DNA from: Synechococcus sp.
GTDB lineage: Bacteria; Cyanobacteriota; Cyanobacteriia; PCC-6307; Cyanobiaceae
Direction: 5' to 3'
Assembly: GCA_047284725.1 (NCBI GenBank)
Contig: JBJBEO010000001.1
Span: forward strand, 1,176,203-1,240,202
DNA: 64,000 nt
Shown here piece after piece: positions 11,059 through 20,304 of the stretch. The position numbers and the translations under genes are program-made. Every line of letters starts with the position of its first letter. Positions within the stretch are counted from its first letter, which is position 1. The notes under the pieces are model-generated. The model searched no databases, was not told where the DNA came from, and worked only from the letters and a program-made list of their open reading frames with translations.

Positions 11059-11733
11059 TCAGCGGGAGAAGATCCACCATGTGGCCATCGGCACAATGCT
11101 GCCGACCACCAGGAGCACGATCACCCATGTGAACGCATTGCTGTCCTTGGTCTCTTCAGCGGTGGGGATATTGGTCGGAAGGGTGGTTCGCTCGACTTCA
11201 ACGGGGGGGCCGGGGTCTGCACCACCGGCGAGAACCACCTCAAGGCGGTTGATGCCGTCGAGGCTGGCTTGGCGGTAACGATCACCCTGACGAAGGGGTT
11301 GGCTCATGGTGGTGCGGCCAGTGCTGGAGAGGAGTTCCTTGGAGATACGGTCCAACAGAAGGGGGTCAGCTACCACAGCAGCTTGTTTGTTCTGCGCTTC
11401 GATCAGAAACAGAACCAAAGGGAAATCGTTGGTTTCAGATGACCAGCGTTGAAGAAGTTGCTCCCCAAATTGATTGAGGCTGAGTCCGTAATCAAGTCGA
11501 CGCAGAGTGACAAGGCGGGCGTCAACCTTTTCCGCACGGAGCTGGTCGAGACGGGCACCGAGTTCGGAACGGCTTGACCGACTGAGGACCTCTGCCGAAT
11601 CGGTCACGCTTTCGTCGGGCGCAGATGGGGGGAAGTCCATTGGCGCCACTGCGTTGGCGACAGGAACAACCAGCAACAGGCTCAGACAGGCGGCCAGCAC
11701 ACCGGCAACAAGTGATCGGATCCGCAGCATCAT
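11059..11733 (-). CDS. psb32: Photosystem II repair protein Psb32 (TPM domain)
   Basis: Signal peptide, D.AEVLSR, RLVTLRRLDYG, DPGPP, C-terminal TM ending PMATWW. Confidence 0.88.
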   Translation of the reverse strand: MMLRIRSLVAGVLAACLSLLLVVPVANAVAPMDFPPSAPDESVTDSAEVLSRSSRSELGARLDQLRAEKVDARLVTLRRLDYGLSLNQFGEQLLQRWSSETNDFPLVLFLIEAQNKQAAVVADPLLLDRISKELLSSTGRTTMSQPLRQGDRYRQASLDGINRLEVVLAGGADPGPPVEVERTTLPTNIPTAEETKDSNAFTWVIVLLVVGSIVPMATWWIFSR

Positions 11734-11762
11734 TCCTGAGGTTTGATGACGACAGTCTGCCT

Positions 11763-12170
11763 TCAGCTGGCAAGGCTGTCGCGGTTGAGAGCCATGATTG
11801 CCGAAACAATTCCTCGTGCCTGGCCCTCGGGCAGGGTCATCGCACCACAGAGTCCATTGAGGAATTCGGTTTCCGCTGGCGCCACCACGCGGTCGGCATG
11901 GACCAGCTGAGCAGCAACCGCGAGGGCCGTTTCCTGTTGTGCGGTGCTGAGTTCAGGCAAGGCCTGGGCGATCAGATCATCCAGGCCCCGATCACGCAGA
12001 ACTGTCAGGAGACGATCAAACAGCTCGCCCATTGCAGCTTCGGTGCACAGGTTGTAGGGGGCCCGAAATTCAAGTTGTCGCCTCAAGGCATGGGCTTCGT
12101 CCTTTGCCAAGACACCGTCGCAGGCAACGGCTCCCAGAGCGATGGCGGCAAACGCTTCGGCGGAGTCCAT
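11763..12170 (-). CDS. TerB-like (tellurite resistance family) protein
   Basis: EAFAAIALGAVACDG...E, QLVHADRVV..AE, ALNRD; start trimmed to MDSAEAF. Confidence 0.8.
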   Translation of the reverse strand: MDSAEAFAAIALGAVACDGVLAKDEAHALRRQLEFRAPYNLCTEAAMGELFDRLLTVLRDRGLDDLIAQALPELSTAQQETALAVAAQLVHADRVVAPAETEFLNGLCGAMTLPEGQARGIVSAIMALNRDSLAS

Positions 12171-12233
12171 GGGCTCTGGTGCATACACACCCATTTGAGC
12201 AAGAGTGCCACCATCTGCCACCCCGTCAGATTC

Positions 12234-12926
12234 ATGCCTTTTGGAGCCCGCGTCACGCTTGCGGCCGGAGTCCTTACGCTGCTGCTCGCGGCAGCGAATG
12301 TGTTCACTGCTGCTGCCATCGACCCAAGTCTGCAGCGTGCTGAGGTCCTGGCCGGGATGGCCGCCATTGGTCTGATGTTGGTGGCTGTGCTGTGGACGCG
12401 TGCGCAACCGTTGGCCCCATCCGCTGTGGCGCTCCCGGGCACCCAGGTGTTGCAGATCGCTCCTTCGCTAACAGAGAAAGCGCGTACTGAGCTTGCCTGG
12501 GGGAGTCATCTTCTGCTGACAGCGACGTCCGCAGCAACGATTCTCGTGGCCTGGAATGGATTGGTTGTGTTGCGTCGTGGCTTGGTTCTCCAGGATGAGG
12601 AGGGCGATCAAGACATGATCGCTGGATCGGAGCGCTTCGTGCCAGGTGCGATCTGTCAACGGGCCCGTCAGCAAGGGCGATTGGTTTCGCTGGTTAAAAC
12701 TGCTCTCTATCCCGGCCGATTCGAGTTCGATCCTGTCTTGCCTGATCTGCCATCGGTGATGGTCTATCCCCTCGGTCAACGTGGTTGGGTGGTGCTGGGG
12801 GGATGGTCGGAGCGGTGCTTCAGCCGCTCCGATGAGCGTTGGTTTTCTGGTTGGTGCGAGCGACTTAGAACGACACTGGAGATGACGGACGTCGACGCTC
12901 CTGGTCTGAGCCTGACGCATCCTTGA
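12234..12926 (+). CDS. Cytochrome b6f heme c(i) assembly factor, CCB4/CCB2 family
   Basis: Two TM helices, ELAWGSHLLLTAT, LYPGRFEF, RCFSRSDERW; start trimmed to MPFGAR. Confidence 0.82.
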   Translation: MPFGARVTLAAGVLTLLLAAANVFTAAAIDPSLQRAEVLAGMAAIGLMLVAVLWTRAQPLAPSAVALPGTQVLQIAPSLTEKARTELAWGSHLLLTATSAATILVAWNGLVVLRRGLVLQDEEGDQDMIAGSERFVPGAICQRARQQGRLVSLVKTALYPGRFEFDPVLPDLPSVMVYPLGQRGWVVLGGWSERCFSRSDERWFSGWCERLRTTLEMTDVDAPGLSLTHP

Positions 12927-14058
12927 TCGTGAGTTCTGATTGCACGAATCCACCGGGAGACGAGAACGTCACGGTTCCTTGATCGCCAACGGTTCCTTCC
13001 AGCCTTTCGCTGCGAGTGACCTGCTGGTTGGATGCACGTTTCAACTCCACGCCGCCCTGGGCAGAGACGCGATTTGAAATCCAGTTCCAACGGCATTGGT
13101 TGGCCCTGAGTTCCTCGCCGGGCTGAGAGAACCGACATCCGTTCTGGACGCTGACGGTGGACTTGTCCATGTTGATGCGGAAACCATCCCCCACCAGGTC
13201 TGACGTTTTCATCGACGCTCGGAATGGTGAGGCGCTGACGAGAGTGTCATCGCTGAACAACCAGCGCGTGGTGGAAGCTTCGAGTCGCCCTTCGCTCTGG
13301 GGAGCGACAACATTCACTGGACCGATGAGGTCAATGAAGCCCTGCTGAGTGTTGCCCTCAAGGCGCTGGGCCTTGAGCTCCTGCAGCACGGTGCGCTTCT
13401 GGTTGAAGCGTTGCCCGAGAATCGGACCTTTAGCTTTCAGGCCCCCACTCCCTAAATTCCAGGCGGCTTTCTGGCTGCGCACCACGGTTTCTGCTCGTTT
13501 GGCAGGAGCGATGCCTGCTTCTGGCTGGCTCCACCGCTCCAGCTGCACAGTGCCCAGGAGCGTGAGATCCTCCGAGAGTTGGTTGAGCGTTGCCTTACTG
13601 GCTTTGATATGGGTGAGGTCATCGATGGCTTCAGGACGTTGTTCCATCACCAGGAGGGAGGTTGAAGGCGTCCATCGCAGTCGGTCACCTTTGATCAAGA
13701 CCTTCTGGCCCTGCAGTTGTTGCAGTTGGACCTGACCCTCCAGCAGGACAAGCTCGCCATCGTTCACAACCGTTGCCCGTTCGGCACTGATTCGAAAGGA
13801 CGGTTGATCATTGCGATAAAGGATCCCCTCAGGACGGCTGGCCCGAACCAGACGTCGGTCGAATTCGTAGCGGGCTTCCGGACTGATCAGATCCCAGTCG
13901 CGCTGCCCATCAGCTCGTTTCTGGCGAAGCTCGAGTGATCGAAACACAAAGGGTGGTGCCTCTGCTTCACCTGCCTGTGGATTGGAGTCGCACCCACCAA
14001 GAAGGAGAGCGGCTCCCAGCACGCCATGGCGTAGTCGATGCAGCGGCATTGCCGTCAA
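12865..14058 (-). CDS. lptC: LPS export periplasmic protein LptC-like (cyanobacterial long form)
   Basis: Lipobox-like LLGGC, FRSLELRQ..DG...WDL.SPEARY, repeated beta-jellyroll-like segments. Confidence 0.72.
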   Translation of the reverse strand: MTAMPLHRLRHGVLGAALLLGGCDSNPQAGEAEAPPFVFRSLELRQKRADGQRDWDLISPEARYEFDRRLVRASRPEGILYRNDQPSFRISAERATVVNDGELVLLEGQVQLQQLQGQKVLIKGDRLRWTPSTSLLVMEQRPEAIDDLTHIKASKATLNQLSEDLTLLGTVQLERWSQPEAGIAPAKRAETVVRSQKAAWNLGSGGLKAKGPILGQRFNQKRTVLQELKAQRLEGNTQQGFIDLIGPVNVVAPQSEGRLEASTTRWLFSDDTLVSASPFRASMKTSDLVGDGFRINMDKSTVSVQNGCRFSQPGEELRANQCRWNWISNRVSAQGGVELKRASNQQVTRSERLEGTVGDQGTVTFSSPGGFVQSELTIKDASGSDQERRRPSSPVSF

Positions 14059-15599
14059 AGGGGGCTCTCCAGTTCAAGTCGTTGCATCACCGGATTGGGT
14101 TTCGGCAAGGGCTGATCACTACCCAGCATCCCCCAGATCAACCGGTCGTTCCATCGTTCCGGCATCGGGCCCTGATTGAGCTGCGTCAGGATGCGCTCGC
14201 TGAGATCCGGCACGAGGGGATTGAGGAGGAGGCCCACAAGGCGGCAGCACTCCAGGACGGCGTAGAGATCAGAGGCCACAGCGCTTTCCTGACCCGGTTG
14301 CTTCATCAGACTCCAAGGCGCTCTCTCATTGAGGAAGCCATTGGCCTGGATGGCGAGGTGCAGCACGGCTTCAGAGGCACGCTGAAAAGCCATCTCCGGC
14401 ATCGCCTCTCGCACCGTGATGATTGCCGCTTCAGCCTGCAGACGGAGGGGATGGTCTTGGTCGAGGGCTGAACCAGCAGGGGGCACGGCATCGCTGAACC
14501 ATTTGCGTGCCATCGATGCGGTGCGATTCAGCAGGTTGCCGATCGTGTTGGCCAAATCGTTGTTGACCAGATCGGTGAAACGTTGCTGCTGAAAGTCGCC
14601 GTCATCACCGAACTGGATATCCCGCAGCAAATACCAACGAACGGCATCGGTGCCGCAGCTCTCCAACAGCGCTTCGGGATCAAGCACATTGCCGAGGGAT
14701 TTACCCATCTTCTGGCCTTCTCGCGTCAGAAAGCCATGGCCGAACACACGTTTGGGTACCGGTAAGCCTGCTGACATCAACATGGCCGGCCAATAAACGG
14801 CGTGGAAACGCAGGATGTCTTTGCCAATCACCTGCATCTGGGCAGGCCAGCCGACGCTTTCAAGTCGATCGAGATTCACGGCTCCGCCGTCATCAAGCAG
14901 GGCGGTTAGGTAACCAAGAAGCGCGTCGAACCAGACGTAAAAGGTGTGACCAGGATGGCCTGGCACCGGAAGTCCCCACGAGACATTGACTCTTGAAATT
15001 GAAAAATCACGCAGACCACCGGCAACGAAGTTCTGGATTTCCTTGCGACGGTTGGCCGGCGCGATGAAGTCGGATTCGTTGATCAGCTGCTCGATCTGCT
15101 GTTGAAAGTTCGACAGACAGAAAAAGAGGTTCTCTTCGTCCCGCCACTCCAATGGTTTCTGGTGCAGTGGGCAGGTCGGATCCTCGGAGTCCGGCGGATC
15201 ATCCTTGAACTCCTCGCATCCAACGCAGTACCAACCGGTCTGGCGGCCCGTGCGGATATCACCATTGGCCTCACAGCGTTGGAAGAATGCCTCCACGAGA
15301 GGCAGATGACGATCACCGGTCGTGCGTATGAATCGGTCGTTGCTGATCCCCCAGCGCTGCCAGAGATCCACATAGTTCTGGCTGATCCTGTCGCAGTGCT
15401 CCTGGGGGCTCACCCCCCGTTCAGCGGCCGTGCGCTGGATCTTCTGACCGTGTTCGTCCACCCCAGTGATGAAGACGACGTCGCGACCTTCCAGCCGTTG
15501 AAAACGGGCGAGTGCATCACAGGCGATCGTCGTGTAGGTGCTCCCCAGGTGTGGTTTGTCGTTGACGTAATACAGAGGGGTCGTGAGGCTGTAGGTCAT
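14055..15599 (-). CDS. metG: Methionine--tRNA ligase
   Basis: TTPLYYVN..PHLGS (HIGH), YVWFDAL, KMGKS (KMSKS). Confidence 0.96.
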   Translation of the reverse strand: MTYSLTTPLYYVNDKPHLGSTYTTIACDALARFQRLEGRDVVFITGVDEHGQKIQRTAAERGVSPQEHCDRISQNYVDLWQRWGISNDRFIRTTGDRHLPLVEAFFQRCEANGDIRTGRQTGWYCVGCEEFKDDPPDSEDPTCPLHQKPLEWRDEENLFFCLSNFQQQIEQLINESDFIAPANRRKEIQNFVAGGLRDFSISRVNVSWGLPVPGHPGHTFYVWFDALLGYLTALLDDGGAVNLDRLESVGWPAQMQVIGKDILRFHAVYWPAMLMSAGLPVPKRVFGHGFLTREGQKMGKSLGNVLDPEALLESCGTDAVRWYLLRDIQFGDDGDFQQQRFTDLVNNDLANTIGNLLNRTASMARKWFSDAVPPAGSALDQDHPLRLQAEAAIITVREAMPEMAFQRASEAVLHLAIQANGFLNERAPWSLMKQPGQESAVASDLYAVLECCRLVGLLLNPLVPDLSERILTQLNQGPMPERWNDRLIWGMLGSDQPLPKPNPVMQRLELESPL

Positions 15600-15779
15600 C
15601 TCTCCGACATCAACTCCTGGCATTGCCATCCCACTCTGCGGTTTGGCGACTGGAGCTGGATCCTAACGACCCCTGATCATGGTTTCTACCTTGGCCGCTC
15701 AGCTCTCGAAACTGTGTCCCCGGTGCCGGTTGGCAGCCTTGGAACAGATGGTCCTGGCTGATCGTGCTTCAAGACGGGC

Positions 15780-17642
15780 ATGAGCGCACCATCCCTCCCT
15801 TCAGCTCCACGTCACGGCATCTCCGTTCATCAATCCATCGATGCAGTTGATGTGATTGTTTGGGGTGGTGGTACAGGTGGAGTCGCGGCTGCGATCCAGG
15901 CGGCACGCGGTGGTGCCACCACCCTGTTGCTGACTCCGGATCGCTGGCTTGGGGGGATGGTCAGTGCCGCCGGCGTGTGTTGCCCCGATGGGAACGAGCT
16001 CACTCCATGGCAGACGGGCTTATGGGGTGCCTTCCTGAGGGAGCTCGAGCGGCGCGAGCCCGAAGGGCTTGATCACAACTGGGTGAGCTGTTTCGGCTAT
16101 CGACCGACAACAGCGGAGCAGATTCTCCAGGACTGGGTCAGCACTGAGGACAAGTTGCGGTGGTGGCCCTCGTGTCGCCTGCTGGACGTGGAGCGCGACG
16201 GTGCGTTGATTTCAGGCTTCCGCGTCGAGGTTGCTGGTGGCCAGCAGCGTGTGCGCTGTGCGGTGGCGATCGATGGCAGCGATCGCGGTGATCTCCTGCC
16301 TCTCGCTGACGCACCGTTCCGTTTCGGCTGGGAGCCGCAGGAGCAGTGGGGAGAGCCCAGTGCGCCAACGCAGCAGCGGTTGTCCACGGAGATCTTCTTT
16401 CGCGACCACCCAGTGCAATCCCCCACCTGGGTCGTGATGGGGCAGCTGGATCAAGACCGGTTAAGGGCTGATCGGGCCAGGGGCCATGGTCCGATCAGCC
16501 AACCATGCCTGCGTCCTCCCTTTGAGAACGCCTGTGAGACGTTCGGCCTGGAGCGAACCATCACTTACGGGCGCTTGCCCAGTGGTCTGGTGATGATCAA
16601 CTGGCCCTTGCAGGGCAACGACTGGCACTGGGGACTGGATCGAGCCTTCTGCGGTGATCAGCAGCAGGAGAACGATTTGTTCGCTCAGATGCAGGCCCAC
16701 AGCGTGCGCTTCAGCGAAGCTTTGCAAACCGCCACTGGAGGTTGGCTGCGACTGGGTGAGGCCTTCCCGAAGGAGGCCGAGAGCCCAGCTGCCTGGCTGG
16801 CGGTCATGCCCTATTGGCGTGAAGGCCGTCGAATGGTTGGTCTCAACACGGTGGTTGAACAGCATCTGCTGCCTGTTGGCCATGGAGAAGCCACGGCGCC
16901 CCTGCCCTTGGATGGTCAGGGAGTGATGCAGTCAATTGCCATCGGCAACTACGCCAACGATCATCACTATCCAGGCCCTGATTGGCCCTTAGCCCCCAAA
17001 AGCTGCCGATGGGGTGGACGTTGGACGGGGACACCCTTCTGCATCCCTCTCCAGGCGTTGCTCAGTGTCGAGCGTCCGAATCTGCTGGCGGCCGACAAAG
17101 CCTTCAGCACGAGTCATATGGCCAATGGTGCAACAAGGCTTCAACCATTGATTCTCAATGTGGGCCAGGCTGCCGGTGCGGCTGCTGCCCTTGCGGTGCA
17201 GTTGAACTGCCGTCTCCATGACTTACCGGTACGACAGGTTCAGGAACGTTTGATTGGTGATCCTCAGGCCCCTTCTGCCGTGGTTCCTCTCTGGGATACC
17301 CCCTGGCACCATCCTCTGTGGCAGGAACGTCAGCTTGCTGCCCTCGATCATCCAGGCTTTGGCATCGATCAGGGGCTGGTGGTTGATCCGACAGCGAGTT
17401 CTCCCATGGCTGGTGATTGCCCCCCCTTGGGGCAGCATGCGACTGTCAGGGCTGGTCGCCTGGTGCCTGATGGGTCCGGCGGATACGTCCTCCACCAATC
17501 GAATGGCTGCGAGTGGCCTGTGATCACCCTGGAACCCGCGATGCAGCGCTGGATGCTGCAACTTGATCAGCCCGTGGACATCCGTCTCCTTGGTGTTGCG
17601 AATCCCTGGGGGCCCTGGCTGCGGGTGATCGGACTTGCCTGA
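15780..17642 (+). CDS. FAD-dependent oxidoreductase
   Basis: VIVWGGGTGGVAAA dinucleotide fold, PYWREGRR, SHMANGATRLQP..LNVGQAAG. Confidence 0.85.
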   Translation: MSAPSLPSAPRHGISVHQSIDAVDVIVWGGGTGGVAAAIQAARGGATTLLLTPDRWLGGMVSAAGVCCPDGNELTPWQTGLWGAFLRELERREPEGLDHNWVSCFGYRPTTAEQILQDWVSTEDKLRWWPSCRLLDVERDGALISGFRVEVAGGQQRVRCAVAIDGSDRGDLLPLADAPFRFGWEPQEQWGEPSAPTQQRLSTEIFFRDHPVQSPTWVVMGQLDQDRLRADRARGHGPISQPCLRPPFENACETFGLERTITYGRLPSGLVMINWPLQGNDWHWGLDRAFCGDQQQENDLFAQMQAHSVRFSEALQTATGGWLRLGEAFPKEAESPAAWLAVMPYWREGRRMVGLNTVVEQHLLPVGHGEATAPLPLDGQGVMQSIAIGNYANDHHYPGPDWPLAPKSCRWGGRWTGTPFCIPLQALLSVERPNLLAADKAFSTSHMANGATRLQPLILNVGQAAGAAAALAVQLNCRLHDLPVRQVQERLIGDPQAPSAVVPLWDTPWHHPLWQERQLAALDHPGFGIDQGLVVDPTASSPMAGDCPPLGQHATVRAGRLVPDGSGGYVLHQSNGCEWPVITLEPAMQRWMLQLDQPVDIRLLGVANPWGPWLRVIGLA

Positions 17643-17672
17643 AAGGTCTGAGGTTGTCGCCACCCAGTTGTT

Positions 17673-19694
17673 TCAGCTCGCCCGCAACTGCAGCTGATCT
17701 GCCACAGGGTCAACCGATGCCACGGTCACCTTCAGCCGATCACCGGGGGTGCTTCCCGGTGGACAACCAGCGGCAACATCCATGGCGAGACTGTCAATCC
17801 GAATCAAGCCAAGACCGTCTTGGGGTCTCAACCAGCGCAGAAATTGTGCTGGCCATTGTTCCTGACTGTGGTCAGCAAACCAAACCTGTTGCCAATGTCG
17901 CTGATCTTCGCGGCTGATGTTAATGCCCTCACGGCAGGCCAGATCCACCTGGGTGACGAGCTCCTGGAGTTCGTCTTCCTTCATGGGTGATGCACCGTCC
18001 AGGCAGGCCAGAATCTGACGCTGCACCACCAGATCTCCGTAACGCCTGATCGGTGAAGTCGCCTGCACATAGGCGGGTAAGCCAAGGCTGAAATGGGCGG
18101 CGGGCTTCGTACCCATCAGTCCTCGACTGAGACAGCGCTTGATGGCGGCAAAGCGAACGGCGCCTTCCGGCAGGTCATCCAGCTGTGCGGGTGAGGGCAG
18201 ATCCGCAGGCAGCTGACTACGAAACGGCAGAGGGATGGCGCAATCGATGCCGAATTGTGCAGTCACAGCGCCGGCGAGAATCATCGCCTCAGCCACCATC
18301 AAGCGTGAGGGGGATGGTTCACTGATCTCGATGCAGGCCGTTCCTTCGCGACTACGCACGCGGCCTTCAGGAAGCTCCATCATCAGCGCGCCATGCTGTT
18401 CTCGCCAGGTTTTCCGGCGTTTCAGCAGACGATCAAGGTCGGCCAGATCGGCTTCCTCCGGTGGAGCCAGATCAATCAGATCATCCGCATCGTCGTAACT
18501 GAGCCTGTAGACGGGTTTCACCCAGCTGCGGCAGATGCCGTAGCTCTCAATGGTTCCATCCTGATCGAGTTCAACCCAGGTGCTCCAGGCTGCATTGCGC
18601 CGACCGGCACGGAGGCTGAAGGGACCGGTGGAGAGCGAGCTGGGAAACATCGGTTCAATGCCCTGCGCCAGATAAAGACTGCTGCCTCTCTCCTTGGCTT
18701 CGTTGTCGAGACAGGACCCTGGCTCGATCAGACGTCCTGGGTCGGCGATGTGAATCCAGATGCGTTCTGTCCCATTGGCCAACCGTTCGAGGGACAGGCC
18801 GTCATCGATGTCTCGGGTGTCGGCATCGTCGATTGTGACGCAGCGCAGATGGCAGAGGTCCTCACGTTGGTCGTCACCTGGCAGGCACTGCTCACTGCGA
18901 TCCAGCAGCTTTGCCGCTTCCTCCTCCATGGCCTGACTGAAACCACTCGACCATCGGCTTGACTGGCGAGCTGGTAGCTGATGCGGGTCTGCCTGGCCGA
19001 GTTGCACAAGTCGTTGATGAAGGTCGTGACTGGAGCGATCCAGATGAAGTGCCTGAAGCACCTCCCGACATCTCGGCGCAAGCTTGTCGGGCTCGATTCG
19101 CTCGGCTGCAAGTTGTTTCATCTGCTCGATCCACTGTTGTTGGTGGCAGTCGAGATCCGTGAGCTTGAACGGGGTCTTGCGATGAAATAAATCGAGCAGC
19201 TGCTGGCGCCTGCTGGCTTCGATGCGCTGATGTCGTTGGTTCTGTCGCAGTCGTTTCAGGTCTTCTGAGGATCGGGCTTCGATCTCTCCTTGCCTGATGC
19301 GGAACATCAGCTGGGGACCATGCAAGGCCAGCCAGCAGGCTGCGCGGTGCAACGGCGTGTCCGAGCCAAGAACAAGATCGGCAAATTCACCAAGCCCGGT
19401 CTTCTCGCTGGCTTCTCGCAATAAGACCCAGGCTGCGCCCCATTCGCGACGACTGGGATTGTTCGTTTGCAGGTCGGTGGCGCTGAATTCCCATGGAGAG
19501 CCCCCCAGCCTTGATGGTGGTTGAACACTGTGAGGCAGGGGGGCAATCACTTCCAGGTGGCGTTTGGGAACCACCAGGGTTTTGGCTTTGAAACCGAGAT
19601 TGATCTTGTATTTGCTGCCCTGAACAGCTTGGATCAGAGCAAGCTGGGGCCCAGGGGAATCAAGAAAGCCGACGAGATCGCCGGCTCGAAACAC
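17673..19694 (-). CDS. Exoribonuclease II/R family (RNB domain)
   Basis: TIDDADTRDIDDGLS, IHIADP, AHFSLGL..Y.QATSPIRRYGDL. Confidence 0.92.
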   Translation of the reverse strand: MFRAGDLVGFLDSPGPQLALIQAVQGSKYKINLGFKAKTLVVPKRHLEVIAPLPHSVQPPSRLGGSPWEFSATDLQTNNPSRREWGAAWVLLREASEKTGLGEFADLVLGSDTPLHRAACWLALHGPQLMFRIRQGEIEARSSEDLKRLRQNQRHQRIEASRRQQLLDLFHRKTPFKLTDLDCHQQQWIEQMKQLAAERIEPDKLAPRCREVLQALHLDRSSHDLHQRLVQLGQADPHQLPARQSSRWSSGFSQAMEEEAAKLLDRSEQCLPGDDQREDLCHLRCVTIDDADTRDIDDGLSLERLANGTERIWIHIADPGRLIEPGSCLDNEAKERGSSLYLAQGIEPMFPSSLSTGPFSLRAGRRNAAWSTWVELDQDGTIESYGICRSWVKPVYRLSYDDADDLIDLAPPEEADLADLDRLLKRRKTWREQHGALMMELPEGRVRSREGTACIEISEPSPSRLMVAEAMILAGAVTAQFGIDCAIPLPFRSQLPADLPSPAQLDDLPEGAVRFAAIKRCLSRGLMGTKPAAHFSLGLPAYVQATSPIRRYGDLVVQRQILACLDGASPMKEDELQELVTQVDLACREGINISREDQRHWQQVWFADHSQEQWPAQFLRWLRPQDGLGLIRIDSLAMDVAAGCPPGSTPGDRLKVTVASVDPVADQLQLRAS

Positions 19695-19709
19695 TTGGGC
19701 AGCCAGGGA

Positions 19710-19931
19710 TCAGCCCTCGGGATTCACGAAGGGCAGGAGTGCCACGATGCGAGCACGCTTCACAGCATTGGTGAGATCACGCTGTTGCTTGGCGGTGAGG
19801 CCGGTGAGACGACGGGGAAGGATTTTGCCGCGTTCGGTGATGAACTTCTTGAGCAGATCCACATCCTTGTAATCGATGGGATCGCCGGGCTTGATCGGAG
19901 AGAGACGCTTCTTGAAGAAAGAGCTGGACAT
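19710..19931 (-). CDS. rpsR: 30S ribosomal protein S18
   Basis: [26 protein letters not shown]. Confidence 0.98.
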
Positions 19932-19969
19932 GATTCAGAACGACTGGGAAGTGGTGTGGACCTGCAGGG

Positions 19970-20164
19970 TCACTTGATCTCCTTGTGGAGAGTCGGCTTG
20001 TTGCAGTGGGGACAGAACTTCTTGATCTCCAGCCGTTCGGTGGTGTTCCGGCGATTCTTCTCGGTGGTGTAACGGGACACACCGGGAGAGCGCTTGGCGG
20101 GATTGGACCGGCATTCGGTGCACTCGAGAGTGATCACGATCCGGACGCCCTTGTTCTTGGCCAT
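19970..20164 (-). CDS. rpmG: 50S ribosomal protein L33
   Basis: [18 protein letters not shown]...[32 protein letters not shown]. Confidence 0.98.
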   Translation of the reverse strand: MAKNKGVRIVITLECTECRSNPAKRSPGVSRYTTEKNRRNTTERLEIKKFCPHCNKPTLHKEIK

Positions 20165-20304
20165 AAAGGACGTTGCGCCGCAGTTGCGTAGCGAAGTGAC
20201 AGCCAACAAGCTTACAGACCGATGGTCCCCTCAAACCCGGATGTGCGCCTCGGAATGATCGGTGGGAATGATTCGTAGGATTGCTGGCTCATTTTGTCGG
20301 CTTC

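Noticed and set aside
11625..12233. Long N-terminal extension of the CCB-family ORF
   Set aside because: This is the antisense of the TerB-like and psb32 genes.
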